Source: Candidatus Omnitrophota bacterium
GTDB lineage: Bacteria > Omnitrophota > Omnitrophia > Omnitrophales > Aquincolibacteriaceae
DNA: 64,000 nucleotides
Assembly (NCBI GenBank): GCA_023247035.1
Contig: JAHFHG010000005.1
Span: 7,515 to 71,514 of the forward strand
Reading direction: 5' to 3'
Shown here: positions 37,202 through 51,114 of the stretch, piece after piece
How the letters are laid out: each line of letters opens with the position of its first letter
How positions within the stretch are numbered: position 1 is the stretch's first letter
Position numbers and translations under genes: made by a program
Notes under the pieces: model-generated
Told to the model about the DNA's origin: nothing
Database searches by the model: none
The model's input: the letters and a program-made list of their open reading frames with translations, nothing else

Positions 37202-38386
37202 TTAGGCTATGGGAGATTGTTTGCTTTTCCCCAGGCAAGAAACCAACGCCCCAAGAAAGCGTTCGATATCTTCTTCCGTGTGATCCGCCCTCAATGTCAC
37301 GCGAAGCCTCGCCTTTCCCTTCGGGACCGAAGGCGGCCTGATGGCCGGCGCCAAAAAACCCTGATCCCTGAGACGATCAGAGACCGCAAGGGCGTCTTCT
37401 TCGGAACCTATAAGAATGGGAAAAATGGGAGAAGAAATCTTTTCCTGCAAAAGGCCTGCCTCAAAAAGCCCCCGCGTCATTTTTTGGACATTTCGCGCGA
37501 GATCAGCCCGCAGCCCCGGTTCCTCTCGAATAAGGCGCAAGGCCTGCGAAGCCGCTGCGCACACCGCAGGCGGAAGGGCCGTTGCAAAAATAAACGGCCG
37601 GGCGTGATTGATCAGGTATTCCCAGATGGTTTTAGAAGTTGCCGCAAAGCCGCCGAGACACCCCAGCGACTTCGACAAAGTCCCGACAATGACGTCGACC
37701 TCATTTTCGAGTCCGGCCTCTTCAACCGCTCCCCGTCCCCCCGCGCCGAGAACTCCCGTGCCGTGCGCGTCGTCGAGAATAAGCAGGCACTCATATTTTT
37801 TTTTCAGCCTCGCAAGCTCGTTCAGATCCGCGCAGTCTCCGTCCATACTGAACACGGTATCGGAAACTAAAACCCGCCGCCGGTAATTTTTGCTTTTCTC
37901 AAGGATTTCGAAACAGCGTCTGTAATTTTTATGGGGGAAAACGCGGATCGCGGCCCCGGACAGCCTGGCCCCGTCAATCAGCGAGGCGTGGCATAATTTA
38001 TCCATCACGATAACGTCTTTTTCATTCGCAAGCGCGCTTACGACTCCAATGTTGGCAAGATAGCCTGCGGTAAAAAGAAGGGCCTTTTCCTTTTTTTTGA
38101 AGTCTGCGATTTCCTTTTCAAGCCGGGTGTGAAGATCCGTGGTGCCGGAAATCAGACGAGCGGCTCCGGCCCCTACGCCGTAAAGTTCCGCGGCCTGTTT
38201 GAAGGCGCGGATCAGGCGCGGATGATGGGCCAATCCCAAATAATCGTTGCCGCAAAAAAGCAAAATTTCCCGGCCGTCCAGGAACGCATATTTTCCTTTG
38301 GGATCGGAAAGGAAACGCAAGCTGCGGTGCGAATGGCTGGCGCGAAGAAGGGCAAGCTCCTCCTCAAAGACCTGAAGAACGCTCAT
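37202..38386 (-). CDS. bioF: 8-amino-7-oxononanoate synthase
   Basis: 394 aa, alpha-oxoamine synthase family with PLP lysine region. Confidence 0.85.
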   Translation of the reverse strand: MSVLQVFEEELALLRASHSHRSLRFLSDPKGKYAFLDGREILLFCGNDYLGLAHHPRLIRAFKQAAELYGVGAGAARLISGTTDLHTRLEKEIADFKKKEKALLFTAGYLANIGVVSALANEKDVIVMDKLCHASLIDGARLSGAAIRVFPHKNYRRCFEILEKSKNYRRRVLVSDTVFSMDGDCADLNELARLKKKYECLLILDDAHGTGVLGAGGRGAVEEAGLENEVDVIVGTLSKSLGCLGGFAATSKTIWEYLINHARPFIFATALPPAVCAAASQALRLIREEPGLRADLARNVQKMTRGLFEAGLLQEKISSPIFPILIGSEEDALAVSDRLRDQGFLAPAIRPPSVPKGKARLRVTLRADHTEEDIERFLGALVSCLGKSKQSPIA

Positions 38387-39606
38387 CGCTTTGTCTGGGC
38401 AAGGGCAATGGCGGCGATATGCCCTCCAAATCCCATTGAAAGAGAGACCGCGGTTTCGACCTGGGCCTTGCGTGCCTTTAAGGGCGTGTAATCCAGATCG
38501 CAGACAGGGTCACGTTCTTCGAGACCGGCCGTGGGAGGGATAAAGCCTTCATTCATTGCGAGGAGACACGCGATAATCTCAACCGCGCCCGAGGCGCCAA
38601 GCATATGTCCGGTCATTGATTTGGTTGAGCTCATCGGAATGCGACAGGCCTCGCGCCCGAACGCTTTTTTAAGCTGATCCGTTTCGTAAATGTCGCCGCT
38701 CAACGTTCCTGTGCCGTGCAGATTGATGTAATCGATCGTTCGCGGATCAAGCCGCGTTTTCTTCATGAGGTCACGCAGCGTTCTTTCCAGCGTATTGTTC
38801 TCCTTCTTAAAATGGAGAGGATCGGACGAGTCGATTCCGTAAGCGCCGCCTAAAATTTCTCCATAAATCCGGGCGTTTCTGGCTTTTGCGCTTTCCATCG
38901 TTTCAAGAAACACGATCCCCGCTCCCTCGCCGATTAAAAAACCGCTCCTCCGCTTGTCAAAAGGCCTCATTGAATCCTTGGCCAGGACTTTCATCTTCTT
39001 ATATCCTGCCAAAAGGAGCGGTACGATCGAGGCGTCGCTGGCGCCGGCGATACAATAATCAACCACGCCGTCGGAAACCATCCGCGCTCCCTCAAGAACC
39101 GCAACCGTGCCTGTGGCGCAGGCCGCAACGTAGCACTTGGCCGGGCCCTGGATCTTCCAGCGCCGGGCAATCCACTGGGCCGCAAAGTTCGGAACCGTAT
39201 TGGAATAAATCCGAGCGCCAAGAATAGCGCTCGGGTGTTTGGCGAACCGCTCCTTAAACCGGTCCAGCGTATGCATTCCGCCCTTGCTTGAACTGACTGA
39301 GATTCCGATCCGGTAACGGTCTATGGTTTCGGGATCAAAATAGGCGTTTTGAATCGCTTCGCCCGCCGCGGCGACGGCGTATTGAATAAAAGGATCCAAA
39401 AAATGGGCCTTGTGGGCGCGCGCCTCGAAATTTTTTACCTCAAAGGCCTTCGTGACGGGAAAATTAGAACAATCAAAACAGGTAATGCGTCCTTCCCCGG
39501 AAATCCCGCCGGAAAGATTTTTACAAAACGCGGGAACCCCGATGCCGATCGGGGAGACAACGCCCATTCCCGTCACCACAACCCGCCTTGGCAAATTAAT
39601 CCTCAA
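38383..39606 (-). CDS. beta-ketoacyl-ACP synthase (FabF/FabB-like KAS I/II) in biotin cluster
   Basis: Cys-His-His triad context (AACATG, NLHGTGT, MTGHMLGASGA); 4-nt overlap with bioF. Confidence 0.7.
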   Translation of the reverse strand: MRINLPRRVVVTGMGVVSPIGIGVPAFCKNLSGGISGEGRITCFDCSNFPVTKAFEVKNFEARAHKAHFLDPFIQYAVAAAGEAIQNAYFDPETIDRYRIGISVSSSKGGMHTLDRFKERFAKHPSAILGARIYSNTVPNFAAQWIARRWKIQGPAKCYVAACATGTVAVLEGARMVSDGVVDYCIAGASDASIVPLLLAGYKKMKVLAKDSMRPFDKRRSGFLIGEGAGIVFLETMESAKARNARIYGEILGGAYGIDSSDPLHFKKENNTLERTLRDLMKKTRLDPRTIDYINLHGTGTLSGDIYETDQLKKAFGREACRIPMSSTKSMTGHMLGASGAVEIIACLLAMNEGFIPPTAGLEERDPVCDLDYTPLKARKAQVETAVSLSMGFGGHIAAIALAQTKR

Positions 39607-39706
39607 TCCTTTTTATGAACCGGCGCCGCCTTGCGCGATGGGTGTAAAATAAAAAATAAAAAACAGACGGGGCGGGCTGGAGATAACGGTTCGAAAATCT
39701 TTAAGA

Positions 39707-41542
39707 TCAAAGCGCCGTTTCTGAAGATGAGCGAAGAACCTTTTCGGATTCAAGCAGGGCCAGGATTTTCTTGGCGTTTTTATTGACCGCATCTTGAGGA
39801 TCTAAGTTTAAATCGACAATCCCTTCCCGGAAACTATTCTCTCCCACGTTTACAATAAACATATCCGCGCGGTCCGCCACTTCCTGCAGCAGTCTCAGCT
39901 CCTCATCATTAAGATTGCTGGCGGTTGCAAGAACGATCAAGCCCGCATCCATCAGAAGGTGCGAGACTTCCCCGAGCCGGCGGACGTGCTCTCTTCGCGC
40001 GGAGCGGTCTTTTTCAAGATCCGCGTCCAGCCCGCGCAGCAGATTGCCAATGCCTAAAAAATATGTTTTTGCCTCTCGTTCAAAGAGGATTTTTTCCACT
40101 TCCTTGGCGATCGATTTTTTGTCGACCCCGACTTTCCCGGTGAGCAGGATCAGCTTGGGGCGGTGGCCGTAGCGGGCCTCGCGTGCCTTGGGATCTACAA
40201 TGCTGAAATCCCATTTCATTTCGCGCTTCTGGACCTGTTCCCGGACCTCAGCCTGATCATCTTTGACCAGGGCGGAAATAATCCCTCCGCCCGAAATATC
40301 ATATTTGTCCACGATCACGAACCGGCCGGTGGCTTCGATGCTGCTTGCGAGATCAAAGGCGACCGGCGAAGCGCACTCCAGAATAACTTGCGCGACGTCG
40401 TGCCGGTCAATGCGGTTTTTTTTTCTTTTTTTCAGATCCGAGGCGTCGATAATTTTTTTGATCTTCCGGAGCCGCGCCGGGACCTTGGCGGCCGCGATCT
40501 TCAATTGGTATTCCTTATCAAGGGCCATAGGCTCCTTGCCCATCCAGAAAATTTCCGCCTGGATCAGCGTGCTGACCCACGGGGGAGGCTCCTCGAGCTT
40601 GCACATCATGTCCCCGCGGTTGATATAGATCTGCTCCTTCAAGGTGAAGCCCGCCGAATAACCGGCCGCTGTCTTTTTGCGCGGCGCCGCATTGAATGCT
40701 TCGATCGATTTGATTTCCGAACGCTTGTTGGAAGGCAGAAAAACCACCTTGTCTCCGGCCGCGATCGAGCCGGATTCGATCTTACCGGCAATGATCCTCC
40801 GGTCGTCCCCGGCTTCGGTGAATTTGTAGACCGCCTGCACCGGCATACGGAAGGGTTTTTCCTCAAGGCTCTTGGCGTTTTCAAAAGAATCCAGCACCTC
40901 AAGAATCGATTCCCCTGAAAACCATGCAAATTTGGGTTGTTCGGGCAGAATATTTATGCCTTTAAGGGCGGAGATCGGAATAAAGAATTTGGGTTCGATA
41001 TCAATTTGCTTCAAAAATTTCCGGTATTCATTCTCAATCTTTCTAAAAACTTTTTCGTCATTGCCGACAAGATCCATTTTGTTGATGCAAACCGCGATCT
41101 GGCGAATGCCCAACATGGAAAGCAGATAACCGTGCCGGCGGGAATTTTCCTGCACGCCCTCCTTGGCGTCGATCACAAGCAGGGCCGCCTCGGCGCGCGC
41201 CGCGCCGCTCACCATATTTTTGAGGAATTCAATATGCCCCGGCGCGTCAATGATGAGGTATTCCCTCTTCCGGCTCCTGAAAAAACAACGGGCGCTGTCA
41301 ATGGTGATCCCTTGAGCTTGCTCATCTTTAAGGGCGTCTAAAAGAAAGGCGTACTCAAAAGGTTTGGCGTTTCGGGCGCACTCCGCGCGGACCTGTTCCA
41401 GCTTGCCTTGGGGAAGAGAACCGGTGTCGTGAAGGAGCCGGCCGATCACCGTGCTCTTGCCGTGATCCACGTGGCCGACAATCACGATATTCATTTTTTC
41501 ATTTGAAGATTTTTTCATAGCGGAATGGGCGGGCCGGCTCAC
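39707..41542 (-). CDS. cysNC: bifunctional sulfate adenylyltransferase subunit 1 / APS-kinase-like (CysN-CysC fusion; kinase Walker A degenerate)
   Basis: N-terminal EF-Tu-like GTPase ([10 protein letters not shown]), central CysN beta-barrels, C-terminal APS-kinase-like domain where the usual GLSGSGKST reads GKVGVDKKS. Confidence 0.8.
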   Translation of the reverse strand: MSRPAHSAMKKSSNEKMNIVIVGHVDHGKSTVIGRLLHDTGSLPQGKLEQVRAECARNAKPFEYAFLLDALKDEQAQGITIDSARCFFRSRKREYLIIDAPGHIEFLKNMVSGAARAEAALLVIDAKEGVQENSRRHGYLLSMLGIRQIAVCINKMDLVGNDEKVFRKIENEYRKFLKQIDIEPKFFIPISALKGINILPEQPKFAWFSGESILEVLDSFENAKSLEEKPFRMPVQAVYKFTEAGDDRRIIAGKIESGSIAAGDKVVFLPSNKRSEIKSIEAFNAAPRKKTAAGYSAGFTLKEQIYINRGDMMCKLEEPPPWVSTLIQAEIFWMGKEPMALDKEYQLKIAAAKVPARLRKIKKIIDASDLKKRKKNRIDRHDVAQVILECASPVAFDLASSIEATGRFVIVDKYDISGGGIISALVKDDQAEVREQVQKREMKWDFSIVDPKAREARYGHRPKLILLTGKVGVDKKSIAKEVEKILFEREAKTYFLGIGNLLRGLDADLEKDRSARREHVRRLGEVSHLLMDAGLIVLATASNLNDEELRLLQEVADRADMFIVNVGENSFREGIVDLNLDPQDAVNKNAKKILALLESEKVLRSSSETAL

Positions 41543-42420
41543 ATATAACCTTCGCGGCGCAGGGTCTCGAGTCCGCCGCCGTCTTCTTTATCCTGCGCGC
41601 GGCCGGCTCGTTCGGCCACATGGGCGAATTTTCCGGTCTTGAGCTCGGCGATAATTTCTTTCACGTTTTTAGCGGTCGATGGAACGGGAAACGTGCACGG
41701 GTAGCAGCCGAGCGACCGGTACCTTTCCCCTTTTCCGTGATCAAAATAAAGAGAAACGACCGGGATGTTCTCGCGGTCAATGTATTCCCAAATATTCAGT
41801 TCCGTCCAATCCAGAAGCGGATGGATCCGGACGTGGGTCCCTGGAGCGAAATCCGTTTTAAATTGGTTCCAAAGTTCGGGCGGCTGGTCTCCGACATTCC
41901 AATCGCTTCGCTTATCGCGCGGTGAAAAATACCGCTCCTTTGAGCGGCTTCCCTCTTCATCCGAACGCACTCCGACAATGACGCCGGTATAAGGCTCTTT
42001 ATTTTTATCCGGGACATATTTTTTCTGCCGATGATCCAGCCGGTAGCGCGTCCACTGGCCGGATAACGTATTCCTCAAGGCGTCTGTTTTAAGCGTCCGG
42101 CAGCAGGAGATCCTGTCCAGCGCGCCGTCGGGAAAGGTCTGCTTCTCGCGGAGCGCCTGTTCATTTTGCCCGTAAATCATATTCAGCTTCCACTCCAGGG
42201 CCAGCTTGTCGCGGTATTGAATCATTTCAGGAATTTTATAGGCGGTATCAATATGCGCCAGCGGAAAAGGGACGTGGCCGAAAAACGCCTTGCGGGCAAG
42301 CCATAAGAGGACTGTGCTGTCTTTGCCGATGGACCACAGCATTGCGAGGTTTTTAAATTGGCTGTAGGCCTCCCGCAAGATATAAACGGACTGGCTTTCG
42401 AGTTTTTCTAAATGATCCAT
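41539..42420 (-). CDS. cysD: sulfate adenylyltransferase subunit 2
   Basis: 293 aa PAPS-reductase-like fold with SIGKDS PP-motif. Confidence 0.88.
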   Translation of the reverse strand: MDHLEKLESQSVYILREAYSQFKNLAMLWSIGKDSTVLLWLARKAFFGHVPFPLAHIDTAYKIPEMIQYRDKLALEWKLNMIYGQNEQALREKQTFPDGALDRISCCRTLKTDALRNTLSGQWTRYRLDHRQKKYVPDKNKEPYTGVIVGVRSDEEGSRSKERYFSPRDKRSDWNVGDQPPELWNQFKTDFAPGTHVRIHPLLDWTELNIWEYIDRENIPVVSLYFDHGKGERYRSLGCYPCTFPVPSTAKNVKEIIAELKTGKFAHVAERAGRAQDKEDGGGLETLRREGYM

Positions 42421-42751
42421 CTTCTCCCTCAGAAAAGGCCGTATTATAACATAATTCCGCTTGAGATCTCGCGCAGGGATAGAAGGCTATTAGCATAAGG
42501 AAGTTTTTTTCAGCGTCATTCTTATTCGAAAGGCGAGAAAGCGGAAAAAATAACACGGCTGGGGGGAAAAATGCAAACCACGAAAAACTGCCGGAACCCT
42601 GAACCAAGTCCTGGTTTATCGCGTGGAGTCGAAAGGGCTCATTCGTTAAGAACCTAAGACTCGCTGCGCCTGCTGGCAGGCAGATTCGCTCAGGATAAGG
42701 CCCCGTTTGTAGAGATCAAGAATTTCCGAGGACTCAAATCATATAAGATCG

Positions 42752-42842
42752 GCGGAGAGTGAGCGATTCGAACGCTCGAGGGCGGCTTTCACCACCCCAG
42801 CGGTTTAGCAAACCGCCGCCTTAGACCACTCGGCCAACTCTC
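42752..42842 (-). tRNA. tRNA-Ser (anticodon GCT)
   Basis: Cloverleaf folded by hand: acceptor GGAGAGT/ACTCTCC, anticodon stem GCGGT/ACCGC, loop TTGCTAA, T-loop TTCGAAT, long variable arm. Confidence 0.8.
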
Positions 42843-42907
42843 CGCGATAAGAGGAATGGGAAACAAAAAATAAATCAGAGGGCAAGTCCCTCCAGATCGA
42901 ATAATAT

Positions 42908-42990
42908 CGGAGGGCGAGGGACTCGAACCCCCAAGTCCTCGCGGACGGCGGTTTTCAAGACCGCTGCCATACCAGTTAGGCGAGCCCTCC
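42908..42990 (-). tRNA. tRNA-Ser (anticodon TGA)
   Basis: Acceptor GGAGGGC/GCCCTCC, anticodon loop CTTGAAA, T-loop TTCGAGT, long variable arm (GTCC-GCGA-GGAC). Confidence 0.75.
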
Positions 42991-43113
42991 TAAAATCAGT
43001 TTGACGGATCGGAAACGATTTCCCCGCCAAACTTCGCGGCGGGCGCTCGTCCCCTCTTTCTTGTTAAGATTATCGCGGATTTCACCGCGAATTTCAGCAG
43101 AAAGTTTAGAAAT

Positions 43114-44406
43114 TTATCCTAACCGCGATTCCAGATAAGGCCTTAGCGCTTTCGGGAATTGTTCCGCGCTTCGGATCCCGTCTCGGGTCTGGATATTTTC
43201 AAGGAGGCATAAGACAATCCGCGCCAGCGCCAGGCCCGAACCGTTTAGCGTGTGAACGTACTCCGGTTTCTGATTCGCCCGGCGCCTGAATCGAATGTTC
43301 ATCCGGCGCGCCTGAAAATCCCCAAAAACACTGCAGCTTGAAACCTCAAACCATTTCTCCGTCGCCGGCGCCCACACTTCCAAGTCGTAACATTTTTCCG
43401 CCGCGAAGCTCAAATCCCCGCTCCCAAGCAGGACGACACGATAAGGCAGCTCGAGGGCCTGCAAAACCTCCTCCGCGTCTTTGACTAAGAATTCCAGCTC
43501 GGCCTGGGAGTCTTCCGGCTTCACAAATTTCACAAGCTCGATCTTATCAAACTGATGGACCCGCGAAAGGCCGCGCGTCTCTTTTCCATAAGAGCCCGCC
43601 TCCCGTCTGAAACAGGGAGAGTAGGCCGTAAATTTTTTAGGCAGATTTTCTTCATTAAGAATTTCGTCGCGTAAAATATTGGTCACAGGAACTTCGGCCG
43701 TGGGGACAAGAAAAAAATCCTCGTCTTTTAACCGGTACATATCTTCTTCCATTTTGGGAAGCTGCCCCGTGCCGGTCATTGACTTGCGATTCACCAGCGC
43801 AGGCGGCCAAACCTCGGTATACCCGTGCTTCGTGGTGTGCCAATCAAGCATAAAATTGATCAAGGCCCTTTGGAGTCTCGCCCAAAGTCCAAAAAAGACC
43901 GGAAAACCGGAGCCCGTGATTTTGCTTCCTGTTTCCATTTGAAGACAGCCTATATCAACCGCCAGCTCTGCTAACTCCAGATGATCCCTAGGCTTAAAAT
44001 CAGTGAATTTTTTGGGTTCTCCCCAGGAGCGGACGATCTTGTTCCCGCTGGAACCTTTCGCCACAGGAACTGTATTATGTGGAATATTTGGGATGATTAA
44101 TAAAATTTTATCGGTTTCTAAAGAAATAAACCCCACTTCGTCATCAATTTCTTTTATTTTTTGGGATAATGTCTTTAAATCCCTTATAAGGGCTTCAGCC
44201 TCCGCGTTACGGCCTTCTTTTTTATAGCGGGCAATGGCGTCGTTGGCGTTGTTGCGCTGGGATTTGAGCTGCTCGACCTCGGCAAGGAGGCGCCGGCGCT
44301 GTTGATCCAGTTTTAGGAGGCGGTCAAGATCAAAGGGGGTATTTTTTGCGGCTAATCCGTTACGGACCTTCTCTGTATTTTCGCGTATCCACTTAAGATC
44401 AAGCAC
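43114..44406 (-). CDS. serS: seryl-tRNA synthetase
   Basis: 430 aa; N-terminal coiled-coil plus class II core. Confidence 0.9.
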   Translation of the reverse strand: MLDLKWIRENTEKVRNGLAAKNTPFDLDRLLKLDQQRRRLLAEVEQLKSQRNNANDAIARYKKEGRNAEAEALIRDLKTLSQKIKEIDDEVGFISLETDKILLIIPNIPHNTVPVAKGSSGNKIVRSWGEPKKFTDFKPRDHLELAELAVDIGCLQMETGSKITGSGFPVFFGLWARLQRALINFMLDWHTTKHGYTEVWPPALVNRKSMTGTGQLPKMEEDMYRLKDEDFFLVPTAEVPVTNILRDEILNEENLPKKFTAYSPCFRREAGSYGKETRGLSRVHQFDKIELVKFVKPEDSQAELEFLVKDAEEVLQALELPYRVVLLGSGDLSFAAEKCYDLEVWAPATEKWFEVSSCSVFGDFQARRMNIRFRRRANQKPEYVHTLNGSGLALARIVLCLLENIQTRDGIRSAEQFPKALRPYLESRLG

Positions 44407-44424
44407 AGGTGAACTCCCCGCCGA

Positions 44425-46938
44425 TTATTTTTCCTCTTGCTCGTCTTCTTCCTGGAGTTCAAGCTGATCGGACCCCTCTGCGGATTCCGCTCCTTCTTTT
44501 TCGACGACGCGGATCGCGGCGGCGACGCGCTGCTTGTCTTTTAATCGAATGACGTGCACGCCCTGCGCGTTTCTTCCGGAAGTCCGAATCTGGCTCACGG
44601 GGCAGCGGACGACCATTCCGCCGGTGGTGACAATAACCAGTTCGTCTTCCTCGTGAACGGTCAGGACATTAACCACGGGACCGTTTTTCGACGTGACTTT
44701 GACATTAATAATTCCCTTCCCGCCGCGCGACTGGACGCGGTATTCTTTGAATTTCGTCTTCTTGCCAAAACCGAGCTCGGTCACGCTTAAGCACACCGCT
44801 TCAGAATCCGCAATCTCCATTGCGATCACTTCGTTTTTTTTCTCGAGCCGGATGCCGCGGACGCCCGAGGCGGTGCGGCCCATATCCCTGACTTGTTTTT
44901 CTGAAAAACGAATCGCCTTCCCGGTGCGTGTCGCAAGAAAGATTTCGTCTTTTCCGGACGTCAATTTACAGGATACAAGCTCATCTTTGTCGCGCAAAGT
45001 GATCGCGTTAATTCCCGTAGTGCGCGGATGGGAATAGTGAACAAGGTTCGTCTTTTTGATGATCCCGTTTTTGGTGGCCATCAGGACGTATTGTTTGTCA
45101 TTGAATTTTTTGACCTGAAGGAAACTTGAAATCTTCTCGTCCTGGCCCAGCGAAAGAAGATTCACAATAGCCTTGCCTCGCGCCTGTCGCGACGCCTGGG
45201 GAATTTCATAAGCCTTCCGCCAATAGACGCGGCCCTTATTCGTAAAAAAAAGGATCGAGTCGTGCGTAGAAGACAAAAACATGTGCTCGATAAAATCTTC
45301 CTCGTCCCGCATTCCGGCCCCCGTAACGCCCGTGCCGCCGCGGCGCTGCTTGCGGTACATCGAAACCGGAATCCGCTTGATATATCCGGCGTGCGAGATC
45401 GAGATCAAAACGTCCTCTTCGGCGATCAAATCCTCGATTTCAATTTCTTCTTCCGCGGCCACAATCTGGGTCCGCCTTTCATCGCCGTATTTTTTAGCCA
45501 ATTCTTCGCATTCGGCCCTTACGATTTCCAGCACCCTTTTGCGGCTTTTGAGCACCGCGCGGTAATCTTCGATTTTTTTGATCAGCCCCAAGTATTCCTC
45601 GTCGATCTTCTCCCGCTCAAGGGCCGTCAGCCGCTGGAGCTGCATTTCCAAAATCGCCTGCGCCTGGACTTCCGTAAGTTTAAAATTCTCCAGTAAGCCT
45701 TGTTTCGCGGCCTCCGGGCTTTTTGAAGCGCGGATCACCTTGATGACTTTATCCAGATTCGCAATCGCGATCTTGAGGCCTTCTAAAATGTGCGCGCGCT
45801 TTTCGGCCTTTTCCAGCTCGAAGCGGGTACGCCGGATCACCACCTCCACGCGGAATTCTATAAAATGCTCAATCGCCTGTTTGATCGTCAGCACGCGCGG
45901 CTGGCCGTCGACCAAGGCCAGCATAATCACGCCGAAGGTTTCCTGCATCTGAGTGTGTTTGTAGAGCTGGTTCAGAACAATCTGAGGCACGGCGTCGCGC
46001 TTGATTTCGATCACCGCCCTCATTCCGTCGCGGTCCGATTCGTCGCGGATATCGTGGATGCCTTCTATTTTTTTGGCCTCCACTAAATGCGCTATCGACT
46101 GAATCAAATTGGCCTTGTTGACCTGGTAAGGGATTTCCGTAATGACAATCGCGTCTTTTTTCGTTTTCGAAGTTTCGATCACGGCCTTCGCGCGCACCAC
46201 GATCCGGCCGCGCCCCGTCTCTTGAGCGCTCCTGATCCCGTCTCTTCCCAAAATCAATCCGCCCGTCGGAAAGTCAGGGCCTTTGATAATCTTGGAAAGT
46301 TCCTTGATCGTGACTGCGGGATTTTCAATCGTGGCGATAATTCCCGACACGATTTCTCTAAGGTTGTGCGGCGGCACATTCGTCGCCATTCCCACCGCGA
46401 TTCCGCTCGATCCGTTGACTAAAAGACTGGGCAGGCGCGCGGGCAGAAGCGTCGGCTCTTCCAAGGACTCGTCGAAATTCGGCGTGAAACTCACCGTCTC
46501 CTTGTCGATGTCCGTCAGAAGCTCGTTGCTGATCGCTGAAAGCCGTGCCTCGGTATACCGCATCGCCGCGGGATTGTCGCCGTCGATCGATCCGAAATTC
46601 CCCTGGCCTTCGACGAGCGGGTAGCGCAGGGAAAAATCCTGGACCATCCTCACCAGCGCGTCATAAACCGCCATATCGCCGTGCGGGTGATATTTCCCGA
46701 GCACTTCTCCGACGATACGCGCCGCTTTTTTATAAGGCCTATTGTGCGCCAGCCCCAATTCATTCATCGCATAAAGAATGCGGCGGTGAACGGGCTTGAG
46801 CCCGTCGCGGACATCCGGCAAAGCCCGGCCGACAATGACGGACATTGCGTAGTCAATGTATGAATGCCGCATTTCGTCTTCGATTGGGGTCGGGACTATT
46901 TTTTCATTCATTGCGTAAAGATTCATATCGTCGGGCAT
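44425..46938 (-). CDS. gyrA: DNA gyrase subunit A
   Basis: 837 aa; active-site Tyr region AARYTE-like plus C-terminal beta-pinwheel repeats. Confidence 0.92.
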   Translation of the reverse strand: MPDDMNLYAMNEKIVPTPIEDEMRHSYIDYAMSVIVGRALPDVRDGLKPVHRRILYAMNELGLAHNRPYKKAARIVGEVLGKYHPHGDMAVYDALVRMVQDFSLRYPLVEGQGNFGSIDGDNPAAMRYTEARLSAISNELLTDIDKETVSFTPNFDESLEEPTLLPARLPSLLVNGSSGIAVGMATNVPPHNLREIVSGIIATIENPAVTIKELSKIIKGPDFPTGGLILGRDGIRSAQETGRGRIVVRAKAVIETSKTKKDAIVITEIPYQVNKANLIQSIAHLVEAKKIEGIHDIRDESDRDGMRAVIEIKRDAVPQIVLNQLYKHTQMQETFGVIMLALVDGQPRVLTIKQAIEHFIEFRVEVVIRRTRFELEKAEKRAHILEGLKIAIANLDKVIKVIRASKSPEAAKQGLLENFKLTEVQAQAILEMQLQRLTALEREKIDEEYLGLIKKIEDYRAVLKSRKRVLEIVRAECEELAKKYGDERRTQIVAAEEEIEIEDLIAEEDVLISISHAGYIKRIPVSMYRKQRRGGTGVTGAGMRDEEDFIEHMFLSSTHDSILFFTNKGRVYWRKAYEIPQASRQARGKAIVNLLSLGQDEKISSFLQVKKFNDKQYVLMATKNGIIKKTNLVHYSHPRTTGINAITLRDKDELVSCKLTSGKDEIFLATRTGKAIRFSEKQVRDMGRTASGVRGIRLEKKNEVIAMEIADSEAVCLSVTELGFGKKTKFKEYRVQSRGGKGIINVKVTSKNGPVVNVLTVHEEDELVIVTTGGMVVRCPVSQIRTSGRNAQGVHVIRLKDKQRVAAAIRVVEKEGAESAEGSDQLELQEEDEQEEK

Positions 46939-47055
46939 ATATAATTCCTATTTTATTCTCTCGTTTAAAGGATTCTCAAAATTGTCGTGGGGCTTCGCCG
47001 CTGGGTTCTCGCGATGACGCAAGATAAGGTTTTTATTCGCAGGCCCTGCAGCGCA

Positions 47056-49560
<2,505 letters not shown>

Positions 49561-49585
49561 TTAACCTTTTTGGTAAATTCATGTT

Positions 49586-49876
49586 CTAACGAAGCTGGCC
49601 CACATAAATGCGGACGGTTTTAACTTCTTCTCCCAGCTCCGCCTGTGCGCGCTTTAAAAGCGTGCGTTTGTATCTTTGATTGAGTTCAAAGGCCAAAGCC
49701 GCCTGTTCGACCCAAACGGAGAGCTCACCGTTTTTTCCCAGGCAAGGCTTGGTGCAGGAACTGATTTTAGAGCCCGCAATGCTCGGCCATTTTTCCACAA
49801 GCCGGCTTCTTTTCAGCGCCAAAGGGGTCATTAAATTTTGAAAAACCGCGGGCAGAATATCTTTGACGGCCTGCAT
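49586..49876 (-). CDS. DUF721/DciA-like small protein in the recF position (possible helicase-loader-type factor)
   Basis: 96 aa; located between dnaN and gyrB, where DUF721/DciA (e.g. Mtb Rv0004) is typically found; 1-nt overlap with dnaN. Confidence 0.4.
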   Translation of the reverse strand: MQAVKDILPAVFQNLMTPLALKRSRLVEKWPSIAGSKISSCTKPCLGKNGELSVWVEQAALAFELNQRYKRTLLKRAQAELGEEVKTVRIYVGQLR

Positions 49877-50976
49877 TAATTCAATTGCATAGGCATCACC
49901 ACGTAGAGATACCCGTCCTTTCCGCGCACAAGGCCCGGCTTATCGGGATCGGTCAGCGAGAGAGAGATTGTTTCAATATCCAGATTTTTTAAGACATCAA
50001 TAAGATAGTGAGGATTAAACCCTATCGCAACTTCATCGCCCGTCACCTCGGCGGGAAGCTCTTCTTTGGCCTCGCCAAGATTCGGCGAGCGCGAAGAGAC
50101 AAGGATTTTGCCACGGATAAAATCCAGTTTGACGGCGGGTGAATCAGGCGAAGTCAGAAGCGCTGTTCTTCGTATCGCCTGGAGAAACTCCTCCCGATTT
50201 GCGGATGAAGTTGTTTTTTCCGTCTTGGGGATAACCTGTTCATAATTTGGAAAATGCCCTTCGATAAGCCGGGAAAACAACTGAGTTTCTCCTAAATTGA
50301 AAATGGCCTGATTTTGAGAAAAAACAATTTGCATTGTCCCTTCCCAAGCAAGCAATTTAAGAAGTTCTTGCACAGCCTTCACAGGGACAATCATCTCGAA
50401 GTGGCGATTATTTTTATTCTTAAACTCTTTTTCAATATAAGCCAGCCGGCGGCCGTCTGTGGAGACAAAGCGGATTTGATTCCCTTTGACTGAAATAAGA
50501 ACTCCATTTAAAACATAACGTGTTTCATCGTAAGAAATTGCAAAGGAAGTTAATCCGAGGCTTTCTTTAACTAAGGACTGCTCAATTTCTATTGCGTCTT
50601 CGCTGGACCATTCGGGGAATTTTGGATAATCCTCTTTGGCCAGGCCCATAATTTTAAAATACGCGGTTCCTGACTTGATATTAACGGCATTGTTTTTCGC
50701 AACTGTAATCTCAATCTCTCCTTCGGGAAGTTCGCGCACAATTTCATAAATTTTTTTAGAGGGAATGGTAATACTTCCAGGTTTGATCACGTGCGCGGGA
50801 ATATTTGTGGAAATCCCAACCTCTAAATCTGTGCCGATCACTCGAAGAGTATCTTGAGTCACGGTCTCAAAGAGAATATTTCCTAAAATAGGGAGTGTGT
50901 TTGTTCGCTGAGAAGCAACGTTTGAAACGTTCCCCAACACCTTTGAAAGGGTGTTCTTTAAAATCTTAATCTCCAT
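49876..50976 (-). CDS. dnaN: DNA polymerase III beta sliding clamp
   Basis: 366 aa, three-domain clamp. Confidence 0.9.
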   Translation of the reverse strand: MEIKILKNTLSKVLGNVSNVASQRTNTLPILGNILFETVTQDTLRVIGTDLEVGISTNIPAHVIKPGSITIPSKKIYEIVRELPEGEIEITVAKNNAVNIKSGTAYFKIMGLAKEDYPKFPEWSSEDAIEIEQSLVKESLGLTSFAISYDETRYVLNGVLISVKGNQIRFVSTDGRRLAYIEKEFKNKNNRHFEMIVPVKAVQELLKLLAWEGTMQIVFSQNQAIFNLGETQLFSRLIEGHFPNYEQVIPKTEKTTSSANREEFLQAIRRTALLTSPDSPAVKLDFIRGKILVSSRSPNLGEAKEELPAEVTGDEVAIGFNPHYLIDVLKNLDIETISLSLTDPDKPGLVRGKDGYLYVVMPMQLN

Positions 50977-51114
50977 AAATATTCTCCTTTGTTTCTAATA
51001 AGACTTTATATTTTAACAAAATAGTCGTCATAATAATAGGCTTTGTTTGTATGTGGATAAATATTTTAACTTGTTTTAAACATTAAAGTTATAAAAATTA
51101 AAAGTTGTGGATAA
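50977..51114. promoter_or_regulatory. dnaA-dnaN intergenic oriC-like segment: AT-rich with two DnaA boxes (TGTGGATAA at 51052-51060 and 51106-51114)
   Basis: Two perfect 9-mers complementary to TTATCCACA in a >75% AT spacer. Confidence 0.6.

Noticed and set aside
37139-37870. 243-aa plus-strand ORF
   Set aside because: Antisense to bioF; spurious.
40163-40918. 251-aa plus-strand ORF
   Set aside because: Antisense to cysNC; no domain features; spurious.
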